DNA of 64,000 bases from Diadema setosum (lineage: Eukaryota). Position 1 is the first letter of the stretch. Each line of letters begins with the position of its first letter. Location: contig NC_092698.1 in NCBI RefSeq assembly GCF_964275005.1, positions 37,552,597-37,616,596 of the forward strand. Reading direction: 5' to 3'. The position numbers and the translations under genes were made by a program. The notes beneath the pieces were generated by a model. It made no database searches. It saw nothing but the letters and a program-made list of their open reading frames with translations, and was not told the origin of the DNA. Positions 1 to 13,982 of this stretch are shown here, piece after piece.

Positions 1-529
1 AGTCGAAAGAATTGAATGCGTCTTGCGCCCAACTGAAGTACTGATGCAATATTCATGACTTTCTACAAAATAAGATGCAACAAACGACATACTATGGTAT
101 TAAGAATAGGCCTGGTCTTTCTTTGCTTTCGAAGTTGTTCATCAACTGTGCCTGATTTCTTGACATCGACGATGTAAGGAATGATTCGACGCATGATATG
201 GCTGCCTAAATAGAGTTTTTGAAGTGATCGGCACGTGAAAAAAATTCAGTGCGACTGAGTAATCGACAGAGATTTACATTTATCAAAATCTGTAACTTGG
301 CATATTATGAATATCCTGAAATGTAATCGTTTGCTCATTTTGGATTCCCTGCTTGATCCTCTAAATAGACCACTAAGCACTCTAAAATGGTTTGTATTGC
401 GTGGATAAAGTTCTCAGAGCAGAAATTTAGCAGTAGAGCTAGTATGGGCAAGCGCCTTTTTATTACTCTAGAGAGAAAAAAGCAGACACACCACTCTTCA
501 AAATTGGGTTTAAATCACATTAGGATTAT

Positions 530-1130
530 TTGGTGCCTCCAGCTGTCATAATGCCGATAGCGATTCTACGAGCACAAGCCATAGTTCGTTTTCCTCTCGT
601 ACTTATTCATCCTCTGTCCTTCTGTCACTCTCAACTATCTTCATCTGTGGTTGAATGCTTCTTTATCTTCCTGTCTATCTGCCTTTCCGTCGATCTATCT
701 ATCACTCTATCACTCTATCTTTGAGTCAAACTATCTGTCTACTGTCATCTTATTGGAAGAGGAAATCTCTTACCATTACTCTATCTCTCTGCTTCATTTT
801 CTTTATCTATCGTTACATCTACTTATCTATAATCTATTTTATCTCTCTTTTCACTATTATTATTCCTGTGCAACTCTTTCTCTTTTTCATTTTGCCTTGC
901 ATTGTAATTCGGTATACTCTCACGATAAAATTATCTATCACATGCAAAGGCTCACTGAAGAGTACAAAGGCTGCCTCCTTTATACGAATCCTTCGAATGC
1001 CTTTGAATCACCCTCTTCGCATCTTGTTATCTCTTTTCTTTCTTTATTTATTTATCCTTTTTCTCTATTCTCCATGTTTCTCTCTCGTTGCTCTCCTCCC
1101 TCATTCAATTCATTCCGCTTCCTTGGGTTG
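530..1130. repeat. Pyrimidine-rich (CT / TATC-type) low-complexity region. A second one lies at 1700-1920.
   Basis: Directly visible. It explains the overlapping plus-strand ORFs at 530-1157 and 1667-1939. Confidence 0.8.
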
Positions 1131-3420
1131 ATTCAGAACACCCTGAGTGGAGTCTAAAGAACAAATGAGGCGTACAAGATGCAAGTTTCGTTAGGAGATA
1201 TCGCGGAGAGGCATACATGTCGGTCTATGCAACTCGTATATGTTAAATAGCGGCACTGTCGTTTTTAAATGGCTGTTGATTAATGGGGGAGACCCTGAAA
1301 ATGTCTTTGATTAACGGATCTATTAATTGATCGCTTGCGCCGACCTTTGCTGCTTAATGATTGATAATGCCTATACATCTTCATATGATGTGGGAGAACT
1401 TCATCGCTCTTAGAAGCGTTAGAAAAATAACCACAGTGATACAAACAGCAACTTGAGAAAAAAAAATCAATGTACACTCTAGAACAAAGCCTGAACAGAG
1501 CACTATGTACCAGAGGGTCAATTAGTAATGAGAAGGGAAAATATAGTGAGCGTAAGAACAGTGTGTGAGGAACAAAAACAAATAAACAAAAACATACTAA
1601 GGATGTGAGGAATGACGCAAATGCTTATAAATAATCCTGCCCCCTCCTTCAGAGAGGAGAAGAAAGATGACCCGCACGTCGCTTGGAGTTATTAGTGTGA
1701 TAGCTCAAAGCTTGCCAGTAAATAGCGTTCTATCTCTCTGCGGATTTTTTTTCTTCCTATCGCTTTTCCCTATCCTCCATTCCTTCTTTCTCCTCCTCTC
1801 TCTTATCTCTCTCTCTCTCCCTTGGTGTATATCTGAGTCTGTTCCTCTTGGTCTGTCTGTCTTTCCGTCATCCCCCTTCAAATTTGCCCTTCTCTCCCTC
1901 TTTCTTTCTCTTCTAAGTAATAGCAAAGAAGGTTTATAATCTTGTTGTCACGGTCAAGCTGCATCAAATGACACTGATCTTCCCTTGATATCTGTTACAC
2001 CACGGGGACCTAGCAATTGGTGGCCTTCGCGGCCCCTCGCAAGTCTTAACGATAGATATCTGTGATTAGTGTGTGTGTGTGAGGAAAATCACATTAACCC
2101 AACAAACCGGAAGAGAGGAAACGGGGCACTGCGCCTCAAAAGTGGACATCAGCCATCCGGGAAAGAGGGAACGAGCGAGGTAGCTAGAAAATCGTGTTGG
2201 AGGCTCTTCAGAGATATGATTTTATTAGCATTCTTAGTAAAAAGTAACCCGGAATGGTAATAGCGGTAGTTATTAGCATTAATGTTCATTTTGTTGGTCA
2301 TGTTACGGCCTGTATACGATTACATTACTGTGTGACGTGACGCCATGCCATATTTGGAAGAAGGAAGAGGCCACTTTCTACCAAAGTCTTTTAACAACAA
2401 TTGGTCGTATAATGCAGGGTTTGAATTTCTTTAGAGATTCAAATGGATCCGTCCTCGCTTAGGTACATCTTCTTCTCAGAACAAAAGACAAAACGGATCA
2501 AACGGTTTTCTACGTCTTAAATGTGATTGTAAAATGTTACTTCGTATCAGCATTTCATTATCTCAATATCATGCTCACCGCCAGTCTTCCAAAGGGATTA
2601 TGGAATCAGGGAAGCAGAAAAGGGGGCTTTTATCCCAGAGCTTTTGAATGTCAAGATCATATTTCTCGTGGAGCACGGGCAGCAAGACTTTCGCGCACAG
2701 ACAGGTGGACTTTGCTTTGTTACTGGGCGTGGCTAGCACCGCTAGACGTAGCTTCAAAATACCACGATGTCAATGTCCATTACACGAGCCTTCTATTCTA
2801 GCAGAAAGTAATTTTAAGGGGTCACGGGCCGCTATGAAATTTTCCACGTCCAAATCAAGATGGATGTTGCAGTTCTGTTATTGAGTGCGCCCCTCTCTTA
2901 CATTTCGGATATCTACCCTACTCAACAAGTGGATGAATCTTAATAGACTGACACTTGATTTTCCAATTCCATGTTTTCATAAAGATTTACGCCTTCGTGT
3001 CATCCCTAAACAAACAACACGCATACGCACACACACAACACACACACGCACACACACGTGTGGGTGTATTATACAACCCCCCCCCCCACACACACACACA
3101 AGTTGCGTCACACATAAGCAGCTAAACAAATAAAGAAAAACGGATAGGATGTAGGCACGATTGGATTCAGTGCAATGACAATGTGGATATTGTCATTGCT
3201 TTTACAGAAGGAGAATTAGGTTGTTACTTTCTTTTCTTTCACTCGGTTAAAAAACTCTGACATCTTTTTGGTGAAATGATGAAGACATTAGCTCGGTCTA
3301 AATTAAAAAAAAAAAAGAAGATAAAAGAAACCAACGAAATTCCCAACATCCCGGACATTCTTTTGATCTTGGGGACAGCAGTTTTCTTTCGGAAAGGAAA
3401 ATAGTGCCGCACAAAAATTA

Positions 3421-3700
3421 TATCATACATGATTACATATGCATTTGTATATAGAGATAAAGATACAGATATAGATATAGATATAGCTATAGTATAGATA
3501 TAGATATAGATATAGATATAGATATAGACATATAGATATAGATGTAGATATAGATATAGATATAGATATAGATATAGATATAGTATAGATATAGATATAG
3601 ATATAGACATATAGATATAGATGTAGATATAGATATAGATATAGATATAGATATAGATATAGTATAGATATAGATATAGATATAGATGTAGGTATAAATA
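3421..3700. repeat. (ATAGAT)n-type microsatellite of about 280 bp with a higher-order periodicity of about 90 bp.
   Basis: The repeat is directly visible. The minus-strand ORF 3239..3712 is an artefact of it. Confidence 0.9.
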
Positions 3701-3879
3701 TAGACTAGACAAATCTATTTATTTCTGTATTCAAGATATTGGACAGTAAAATGATGACGACATCGCAATGTATTCAACACGAGAATGGAATGGTCAATAG
3801 AGACTGTGGTAAGTCATAAAGGAGAAGTGATGGGCAATTTTCCCAATCGATTGGCTGTGTGTACAACGTGATTGGTTAG

Positions 3880-4200
3880 AGGAGAAACTGCTTGGGTGTC
3901 TGCTGTCGCTGTCGGCTGCGTAAATACGTTGTTTTTCCGTTAGTTCGCTGACCGTAGGGGGATTCGATAGCGTGCCTAGGCTCTCACTTTCAAGGCGGCG
4001 CAGAAGAACAATCAGCTTCTTTCACCGTCATTTCAGGGAGAAACGATCACGCAACATCCAGACAATGTCATGGAGTGACGTTGGCGGCGAGGTAATGACA
4101 GTCCTCGTGATCGGCGAAGTATTCAGTTTCCTCGTCGTTGCCTTCGTCTCTGTCTATCAGGCAAAGCTGCGACGTTCGTTTGGGTCCAGTCGTTGAAGAC
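3880..4200. promoter_or_regulatory. CpG-dense island in otherwise CpG-poor DNA. It may be an unmethylated promoter or first exon.
   Basis: There are many CG dinucleotides. It contains ATG (4065) ... GAG|GTAATG (donor at 4092), which could form a short first coding exon MSWSDVGGE. Confidence 0.2.
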
Positions 4201-7200
4201 TTCCTAATGTATTTTTTTTTTCCGGAAGGACAAGCCACATTGCGTGGGCGTCAGGGCATCATTGGGATGTAGAAGAGCATAAAACCTGGCTTTCCAAGAT
4301 GATTCCAGATAATTACCACGGTTATAAGACAGGGGTTTTCCCCTTTTCTGGATGATATATTGCCTTAATCTCATTTTATGATGATAATTTTGAAAGTGAC
4401 CACTGGCTTACGTTCTCCGCTCTACTGAAACGGCCATGCATTGAGCTTCAAATAACTCTGAAGCCATTTTTTTAAAGAAAGGTTTTAATGTTACCGCAGT
4501 TCAACTTGATATTGATATGCAGTCTCTCTCTCTCTCTCCCTCTTTTTGCCAGTCAATTCAGTCTACATGATGAGATGATCGATTTCGTTTTATTTGAGTC
4601 TCAGGACAACGTAATCAAAATATTATGGTATAAGTTGGAGTAATTCGAACGGTGAATCGTAACAAAGTGGAGTCGTTTTTTCGTTGACCTTAAAGCTATT
4701 TGTGACTCGTGATCATTTTCGGGATTCCATCGGCCATATCTTGGACTCAGTTCCTTGATGTAACTTTCTGGTGGTTGTCAAAAAACCTGTTCACAGTCCA
4801 GCGTGTGGCATGCAGACCTTAATGTTTTCATAAATAACTGTGTACACCCGACTAAGAGTTGGCTCGGTACAATAAAACAGAGAATGGCACGGTGGGGTAT
4901 GACGTCATTGGCTCACCAACGTCCAGTGGATTCAGGGTGGCTGTGTTTGTGAGTTTGAGCTAAATGGAGAGGTTCACTTCTTGGTTGTCTCCAAACCCCG
5001 ATTTCTTTGCTTTCTTATCCATTTGTATGGCCAGGGTGTATCTCATTTGGATTGCTCATGTCAAAGGCATTGTACAGATAGTGTATCCACTTGTCGTTGT
5101 TTTTTACATGATGCAAGTGCTTGCCACATCTTACACTTCCGTTTTGTTCCATATCAAATCTGCAAGGTTGCAACACGTACGCTGGATTTGCATAATATTA
5201 CTTGTCATGTCTGCATAATAATTATGAATGAATTCAGGCTTGTCCTTGGTCTAGCTTAGACACTCAACGACGCGTTTGAAAGGACAGCCCAAATTTAAGG
5301 CTCTTAAGTCAATTGAACTGCGCCTCCGTTTGCTTTAGTAGAGCTTGTCTCGCCATCACGAATGCTTTCAAACATCATTTTGGTGTGTTTGTCGCGTTCA
5401 TGAAGACAAAGGAATAAAGTCAAGGTCTTTCAGCAGGAGACCAGATTACGCTGTCATGGAAACAATGATCATGGAAGTTGCTTCCTCACAATGGGTGACG
5501 CGTAGAGACTCCTTAGCAACCGATCTCGTGGATGAATGTCTCTTTTTCATCCTCCATTGGAACAAAAAAAAAATAATGCGGACGTGATAGCCTGTAGTGG
5601 GTGAGTTCTACAAAATGGCAGCTGTTGCTTCGTGGCGCGATACAGAATCTAGTTTCTTCGTCTACGCATGGAGCTACAACAGTAACTCCATGGTCTACCG
5701 AAACTCATCGGGGCCAAAGTATCCATATCGGATCGTGCCTTTGTACCATCTTCTCATACCATGGGTCAAACGTTTATCCCCAACTGCACCTATCAAAGAG
5801 AGGAGCAGTGTTTATTGTGCAAATGTAAAGTAGATGGTTGAGCTGTGATAGGAAAGCTTGAGCTTTCCGGGTTTGCTCCTACTACACGACTCGATTTCTC
5901 TGTGAAACAGAAGTCTCTCAAGAAACTCTCTTTATAAAACTAGTTTGGTAATCCTGGCTCAATTTCAGTCGATCTTTATCGATATTGGAATATATTGGAG
6001 GGATTTGTACGCCTGTTCAGAGAAGCAGCGTTAAAGTGGAATGCGAACGCCTCGATCGACATTGCTTGCAAGCTTAGTCACAGTAATCCCAGCTTAATTC
6101 TTACGGCTTAGTGAAGAGGCGTGTTCCTCGGGACATCTCTTCAGGTACGCCATGGTGTGTAAGATTAGTTGTGCGTGCGTTTTTATGTGTGCGTTTGTGT
6201 GTGTACGTTCGTGTGTAAGTGTAGTATTCTCTCTCCCTTCCTCCCTCCTCCCTCTCTCTAAATGTATATTCACTTGTATATTATATTACATACGTCAGCG
6301 AAAGTGAAAGAGAGGGACAGTGACGATCAAGATACGGAGGAGCACAGGGAAGTCAAACCACGAAAGGATGATACATAAGGTTAATATCGTCCGAATAGTG
6401 AAGGTAGAAGCATATTTATGTAAATGATAAAACGACAGCCGTAATCAAAATACGATATCTGTTGCGATTTACCTCGGTATGAATCACAGAACAGGCGTTT
6501 TGGCTATTAACGAGGTAAACGTAGGCTTTCTCGATCAGAGGGAGCATATTAGAATTCCATTGATTTGAATACTCCCGGTATCCTGAACGAATGAAGCCAA
6601 TAGGTCCGGACTTACGGCACCCGAGTGTAGTGTCGATTTGTCCTATCTGATGAGATTACAACGAAATGCACCACAGACAAATCAACCGTAATTCCTAAAG
6701 CGTGCATGCTTGAGGGACCGAAAGAGATTCTCATTATCATGAGAGGTTTGCAGCACATTTCCCGATTCTAGCCATTTTCAATTGGAAATACACATCTGAT
6801 ATCTCACTTTACATGCTGTTGTATATAGACAGCATTGATATGTATAGAGAGTACACAGCACTCCTTTAACCCTTTGATTCCGAGCCATGTTAGTTCTCCG
6901 GAGATTCATCACATGGTGAAGCATTCTCCAGTGAGAAATGGGTTAAACAAGGCTTGGGGCGCTCAGAGTTGGGCAAAACATCATGGCCACCATGTCCCTG
7001 TTGACACAAGTGTAAACTTGGTTACGATAGGGGAATTATATTGGGAGATCCTTTCAGAAGAGATATAACTAAAATGATGAGGTGAGCCTCAGACAGACCA
7101 AGGTTGGAAGCAATAATGGTAATGATGTAATTTCAATAATGGTAATTATCAAGACCATCCCCTCCCCCAACCCCGATTCATAGATCTAATACACCAAAGC

Positions 7201-7339
7201 ACCAAACACCAAAGCTACACACCATTCGAAAGACAGTAGGGGAATCATCAAAGGCTTGGGCAATTTTTTTTTTATTGCTTTTTCCCCCTACAAACTCAGA
7301 GGTTTGGTATTTCATTTAGTGCGTCACTCTCAGCAGAGA

Positions 7340-7600
7340 AGAGATTGGCCAATGGCATTCAAGACTTAGAAACCCGCGCCACAAAACCACCATGCCGAAT
7401 CGTTCATTTTAGAACGGAACGTTAATATCAGAGCACATAGCTTATAGCCAGCGACCATCTTGATTTAATCATCTACGATCAAGCAAAACCACGCACCGGT
7501 GTATGGCGCTTCACTCTAAAGACTTCCTTCTCTGATGAAACCGTGACGTCAGGGCAACTATTTTAGGGTCTTCCCTATATTGGGCACAGAGCTTATTGGA
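7340..7600 (+). promoter_or_regulatory. Candidate promoter-like cluster. It has a palindromic CCAAT element (gattggccaatgg, about 7344), a perfect CRE palindrome TGACGTCA (7545-7552) and a TATA-like tatatt (about 7577).
   Basis: The motifs are visible in the sequence. No transcript is linked to them and I could not find a downstream first exon. Confidence 0.15.
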
Positions 7601-7810
7601 AGAGCTTTAACGGCAAAGCGGCGGAAGGCCGATGTAAAATATTAAAGCTGACTAGAGTGTCATATACAATGCCATGTAGATCTACGGGATGTAGGAATAA
7701 TACAATATCATGTGTGTGTTTGTGTGTGTATGTGCGTGTGTTATGCTGCATGTGTGTTTGTTTCTAAATGCAGGCGTCTTGTATTGTAAGTACGAATGTG
7801 TAGTGAGTAT

Positions 7811-7811
7811 A

Positions 7812-7864
<53 letters not shown>
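7811..7864. repeat. Compound (TA)n(TG)n microsatellite. An imperfect TG-rich stretch sits upstream at 7710-7790.
   Basis: Directly visible. Confidence 0.9.
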
Positions 7865-7865
<1 letters not shown>

Positions 7866-10017
7866 CAATATGCGTTGATTGTATATTTAAATATTTCCAT
7901 GGGGTTAATTTAAATAAGGCCACTTTGTCTTCGCATCAACCCCTTCATCTACCAACTTTTTATCCCATTATGTCACATTGTCGTGATACATTTTGTTTAT
8001 TGTTGTCTTATCTCTTTTTATTCATTTTTTCGAGTGAAACTAGATGAATGAGTGACGGTACGACAGTTTATCTGTCTACTTGTCTCTGCTTGTTTTTGTC
8101 ACACACTTTCTATAATATATCATTTTGTCTCTTCGTAATTCACCTTGATATGAGTTTTTTGTTCCTTCTGTTCCTTAAAATGAAAAGTATGCTCATTTGA
8201 TGGACTTTCTGAATAGATTAAGTACATAAATTATATGTAAGTATCTATATGAATGAATAGTGTGTAATGAATGAATGAATGAATCCACTGAACAATTAAT
8301 CATAAAACAAGCGATGGATGGGCTGCAGTCTCATAATGGTGATACGATCTCCCGAGTGAAGGACATAGCAATGATAGTATAGCTAATCAAAACCACGGGG
8401 ATAATGATTTCTTGCCATGCTGATGCCAGTGCCTATACACTCATCCAAGCTAATCAGTATTAGCACCATTTTTTCCCCATTGCCACTATGAAAAAAAAAA
8501 AATAGGAGAATATCGCCAAATATATTCGAGCTCTAAATTACTTTGCTTATTTCAATAAATACTTTTTCTTTCCTTAGATCTAATAAAGTTCTTTGGGACG
8601 GTGAAAAAGAGACTAGATATAAAGGGAGTAAAAACTACAAGCACGTTCGTTCATAGGGCTACCATTAAAGTAGCCCATTCTGTTGACAATGATAACATGA
8701 TAAAAATATTCAGTGCATCCTACAACAACTACTGTATATACATAAATCTCGAGAAATGTGAAAGCAATATTATACCTTAAAAAAGTAAATCTATCCATCA
8801 ATTTAGATCCATATCACCACCGTAGAAACTCAAACTTGATTATAATGAATGATGGTTCAAATGATTGATACCAGAGAAGATACCTAATTTACGAGTGACA
8901 ATTTTCGTCAACATCCGTTAGCGGATGTAGCTTGCCATCCATCTCTCCTATTTTCCTTGGATTACCAGATAGGCTCCGTGTGGAGATCAGTGTCTTAGAA
9001 GACATCACTCTTTTCATAGGGTTTCACCACACGAGCTGAAAACCACATTGGACATAATCTGCTCTGGCAGAGCGTTTGGTTTCCAAGGCAATGTGTTATC
9101 GGAGCCTATCGGCATTCAGGCGTGTACGCTTCATCGCCTGCCAGGAACAATGAGCCTTCTCTCGAGAACGCACCGTATCACCTGCTCGATACCATGGCAA
9201 CCACAACTGATCGCATCAGCTCTTGCCATGACAATGCATGCACATACGTCTTTACAGGTCTTGGACTATGTAATGAAGATGCATCACAACAAGAAGCTTC
9301 AGGGATGATTGTCATCTTAGTACTTTACGGCAATGTAAACATTGTCATCATTCAATGATGGAGAAAAAAGCAGGGAGTTGGAGGAGACGAGATCTACAGG
9401 CAAGTAATGCACCGACTATTGATATTTAGCTGTTTTGACGTCAACGACGCACGTATACACTGATTGCCACCACGTTCTCGCTCAGCTCTGATGACCAAAC
9501 TAATTCATTACCGTGCCCATAGGTCCTCTCTAGTTTATCAAAACAATTATCATGACAGCGTCCGACTGCCAGCACAATGTCCACTAATGATGCTAATCAG
9601 ACAAGATGAGTCTGGTGATTGTCTCAAATAAGAGGTAGAGGGCCATTCTGGTCGTCATCGTCGCTGCAGACTTGGGGGAAACTTAGCCATAACAGTCCTA
9701 GCCTCTTTCGTTTATCGCGCAGTGATAGCAGTAAAGAATGTCCGGCTTTTTCTGTACTTCCTGCTGTTGTTTGCACGCCATCCGGTAATACGGAGCGGAA
9801 CCATTAGAGGCCAGCTATCTTCATAGACATAAACATTTTCATGGTCGCCAGTCCCAAAGAATACAGACAACATCGCAAATACGGAGACGAATGACTCGGT
9901 TCTGCAGTCCGCGATTTAAATACAATCTAAATTGCGCTTATGGTCACAAGATGACCCTGGTATCACACTCGCACACTTCAACGCGATCTCTCCTGTAAGA
10001 AACATTAGATGTGTAAA

Positions 10018-10073
<56 letters not shown>
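10018..10073. repeat. (TAG)n microsatellite of about 18 units, followed by (GATAAT)-like units.
   Basis: Directly visible. Confidence 0.9.
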
Positions 10074-12988
10074 ATGATAACGATAATAATGATAATAAAA
10101 CTTATAAAGCGCGTGGCAAGCACATGCTTCTCTATGCGCTGTACAATTATACAATACAAAATATAAAGAAACAAATCAGTGGCAAGTATAACAATCAACA
10201 AGATAGCTACAATCATTAACAAAAAGGGTAATGAATGTTTACCTTAATCAAGAAAGACGGAAAAGGCGGGTTTTAAGAATGGATTTGAAATTTGCAAAAT
10301 TGGGTGCACGTCGAATGTTTTGTGAAAGCGTAAAAGTGAGATCATAAGGATGGAGAGCTACTTGGTGGTGTAGTTAGAAGAGTACGGTTAGACTCACAGG
10401 GACTTGTTTGCATTGTAAAGCGGGTTTCACATGATTATAAATATCTCAGTGGCAGTTGTCCCTTCTTCAGTGTTCTACGCCTACACCAAGCGAGGGTGGG
10501 AAAGGAGGGTGGGTGCCCACGACAAAGGAAATAAATCATTCACGTGGCTGTGACGTAAATTTGCAGAATATCATTCCTTTTCTCGAGATCTTTCTTCTTT
10601 ACCAATAATAGTACTTTATTCCATCTTCAATCACGCCATACAAAGTCTCCATCACCATTGAATTTAATTTCAAATGTAGTGTTAGCGATGTATTGGGAGG
10701 AGAATGTGACGTAATGCATTGGTTATCACTCCCACAGCGATTATGATGCAGGATGACGTTCAGATCGACGGTGATAGAGTTTCAGCGCTCTAAAAGCCTT
10801 TTGAGTTTCAAAGATTAAAGGGATCGAACATCGCTTTGATGCCCACGGATACATTCAGCGAGCGGTGAAGCCAAAGCACCGCTCGCGTGCCCGCTGCTGA
10901 GTAGGAAAGTGATTAAACCAACTCCACTCTGTCATGGAAGCCATTCCCATTCACGGTTGCCATGGTGATTTGTCTGGCTAACATCCTGCCTAAATAGGAG
11001 GAGGCGGAGAGGATTCCATGATTGATTGAAATTGGGTGAAAATGTAGATGGACTGACATAGCAAATGCCGCTACACAATACAAAAGCATACTGAACGAGA
11101 TAACGGATATTCCGCTAATTCCTACAAGCAAGGTAGACAATGCGAAACAATGAGAGAATCAAGCATCATTGTAATTCCTTAAGTAATTATTATCAATTCA
11201 TAAAAGACAGGAATTTGATCAAATGATACGCATAAAATGCATAAAAATGCATGAAAAACATGACAACAAACTAGACGCCTTACATAAGGAGAAGAAATTA
11301 TATTACGAGATTGCAACACAGAAAATGGTTATTCTCAGGAATAATGCAAACATTCATCGCGATCGAGCGACGCAATTATTGTATTGATTACTCTCACTAT
11401 TTACAGTCATGAGAAGTATAAGCAATTGTGTCATTGTTACCATGGTCGGTCATGAAGGTCATAGAAATTTGACTCAAAATCATAAGGATTTTTAAACTGA
11501 TTGTGAATCTAGATTCTGTTAAACTGTCATGAAAGTTTGATTTGATTTGATTTGATTTATTGTCTGTACGGCAATATTTTACAATCTCATCAATTTTCAG
11601 CAGTTTCATTAAACATTGTATATACAAAATCTATAACACTGCACAGTTCTCAATACAGAGGAGATAAGCTATGTTGAAAGATTGCCTGTTAAATAATCAA
11701 CGTGTGTCGACAAGAATAATGTTACGCAAAATCGTCGGGATGAAGTGGTTATTGTAATAAAGCGATTGTGAAGGGGCTGAAAAAAATTAATACAGGAGGT
11801 ATGACGCAACAAGTTTACATGGCGAATCATGATACCCATCATCTCATCATGCAAACTTGAATAAAATGACATGAAGTGGGTTGTGCTTTGTGCAATAACA
11901 CAATCATTGAAGGTCAGAATGAACTGCAGCAAATCTAGCATTAAGATACGAAGTCCGGCTTTCGTTGAATCGCAGAGCGCTTGTACCATGCGAATTAATA
12001 ATATTTCGTCGAAAAGGCTGTCGTTTGCTGCCACGATGTTCCAGTGGACACTCCTCACATCCGTGTAGAAAAAAAAAAATGTCATTACAGAACCCATGCG
12101 TGAGTGCATCGCGGAAGAGTAAACGTCAAGTGCTCAAACATAATGTACATCCGCTGTAAACAAATAGGACTGCTCACTTAAAGTGACTTTCGATTTGCTC
12201 GGAGAATGTCAGGGATATGAGTTTGAGCAGCCGAACTCTCACGGTAGTGAATATGACTTGGTGCAGCTACTCTCGGTGGATATGAGTTTGTACAGCCGCT
12301 CTCTCGTCTTAATGGACGGAGTAGAAGCGAAATGCTCTCCACGTCAGATTTTTGTTTTCATGCGAACATGATATGTACTGCGAATATTGCTTTTTCCATT
12401 CGTAAGTAAGATTTTATTGGACTACAGTCCAAGTCAGCATAAATACAGCACGTAAGAGTAACATAGACCAGTGTTATATAGTAAGAGCATACACGAATAC
12501 GCGTTGTATTAATATGAATGCATATATAGTTCTCGTTGTTATGCATAATGTATAATGTATGTATCTGTGTAAAAATATGTTTGATAGTGTTTTTAACATG
12601 ATCTGAAGAATCTTGCGTCTTAGATAGATATAAAAGCTGATGGCGCCATTATTGTATTCATAATTCCACTTTTAATGTATAATAGTATATCAATTATATA
12701 ATTTATATTATATTTCGGGATAATTCACCCTGCAGGCACTGTCTCTTTAGCATCCCTCCCCTTTTCTAGCATTTTCGTTTACTCCAAATGTTTTGCAAAC
12801 TTATAGATTTCGTTTAATGTATAAACGTTATAATGTTAATGATATGTCTTTACCTTCTGTAAAAATTCATATTCATGTGTTTTTGTTGGATATGGAAACA
12901 AAATAAATGAAATGAAATGAAAATAAATATAACGAAGGGAGTTCTACACATCTGGTTGAAAATGATCCTCTAGTCGTAACAAGATAAT

Positions 12989-13008
12989 CACACACATACA
13001 CATACACG

Positions 13009-13042
<34 letters not shown>
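12989..13042. repeat. (CA)n microsatellite.
   Basis: Directly visible. Confidence 0.9.
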
Positions 13043-13982
13043 GTGATAAAAAAGGACATAAAGTCTGAATGATTAGTAAAAACTACCAGCGCTTTTCTAA
13101 ATACGTACTTGTGTGCTTCCCATCAGTCATTAATAGCTCAATTAGTCAGACTTTAAGTACGTCATGACTAACATGGAAACCTGCTTATTAACGTCATCTG
13201 TTGATCATCGCCATTACAATCAACACCACCATTATCTACATCCGGGTCTTCTTACTTCCTTCCGCCATGATGTATAAATCCATGTAAAACTGCAGGGCGT
13301 TTTTGGAAAGCAGTTTTGTATATTCCCAACTGAATAGTCCAGCCCTGCAAGAAAAAATTAAAGGAAAATACCCTCATAACTCTCTAACACTTTAATTCAC
13401 TTTTCTTTTCTCTCTGGAAGCTATTTCATTCTTATTCAACAACAAGTGCAAAAGAAGAAAAAAAATCAATTTCCATAATAAGTTAAGAGTCGTTGACGAA
13501 ACACACTGATGTCAAAACACAATCGTTTTATTAGCATAAAATCCAATGTTAAGCACAACTTCGCATAAACCTATTTGGGTCATACTATACGATACAGACT
13601 GATGCAAACGAACTGGGATGTGTCGGGTTGATGGTACAATTTTGTGGACAGGGTGAAGCAACATCATGCATAATGGATGGGGTAATCTTCCTGGCACTAA
13701 CCAGAGCCGCCCTCGATAATTAGACTCGCTCTACTGAAGAGAAGCCAGGGTGGACGGACGGGGCAAACAACATTGATAATTCATCGCTTGTCCGTTTAAA
13801 TCTTCTTTTGTACAAGGCGTCTACCTGCATCAGGTGTTAAACGTCTTCTCACTCCACTGGTGAAGAACATCGTTTTCCCCTTCGTGATTATCATTCTGCA
13901 AGCATCCTCAGTGCACGGTTGGATAGTTACCTCTGAACTTTCATCAAGGGTGAACTAGATTGCTCGGTCACATGAAACTATC

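Noticed and set aside
3239-3712. 157-aa minus-strand ORF (LYLYLY.../IYIYIY...)
   Set aside because: It is the translation of the (ATAGAT)n microsatellite, not a gene.
7710-7913. ORF MCVFVCVCACVMLHVCLFLNAGVLYCK followed by a GTAAGT donor at 7786. It looks like a signal-peptide exon with the right phase-1 end for the SCG3-like gene.
   Set aside because: The hydrophobic stretch is produced by a TG/TA microsatellite. Joining its overhang T to exon 16981 (AA...) creates TAA.
11669-12109. 146-aa minus-strand ORF, the longest non-repeat ORF in the window
   Set aside because: It has no recognisable motif, no splice-site context that I could verify and an ordinary composition. Chance ORFs of this length are expected in AT-rich eukaryotic DNA. 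I left it uncalled.
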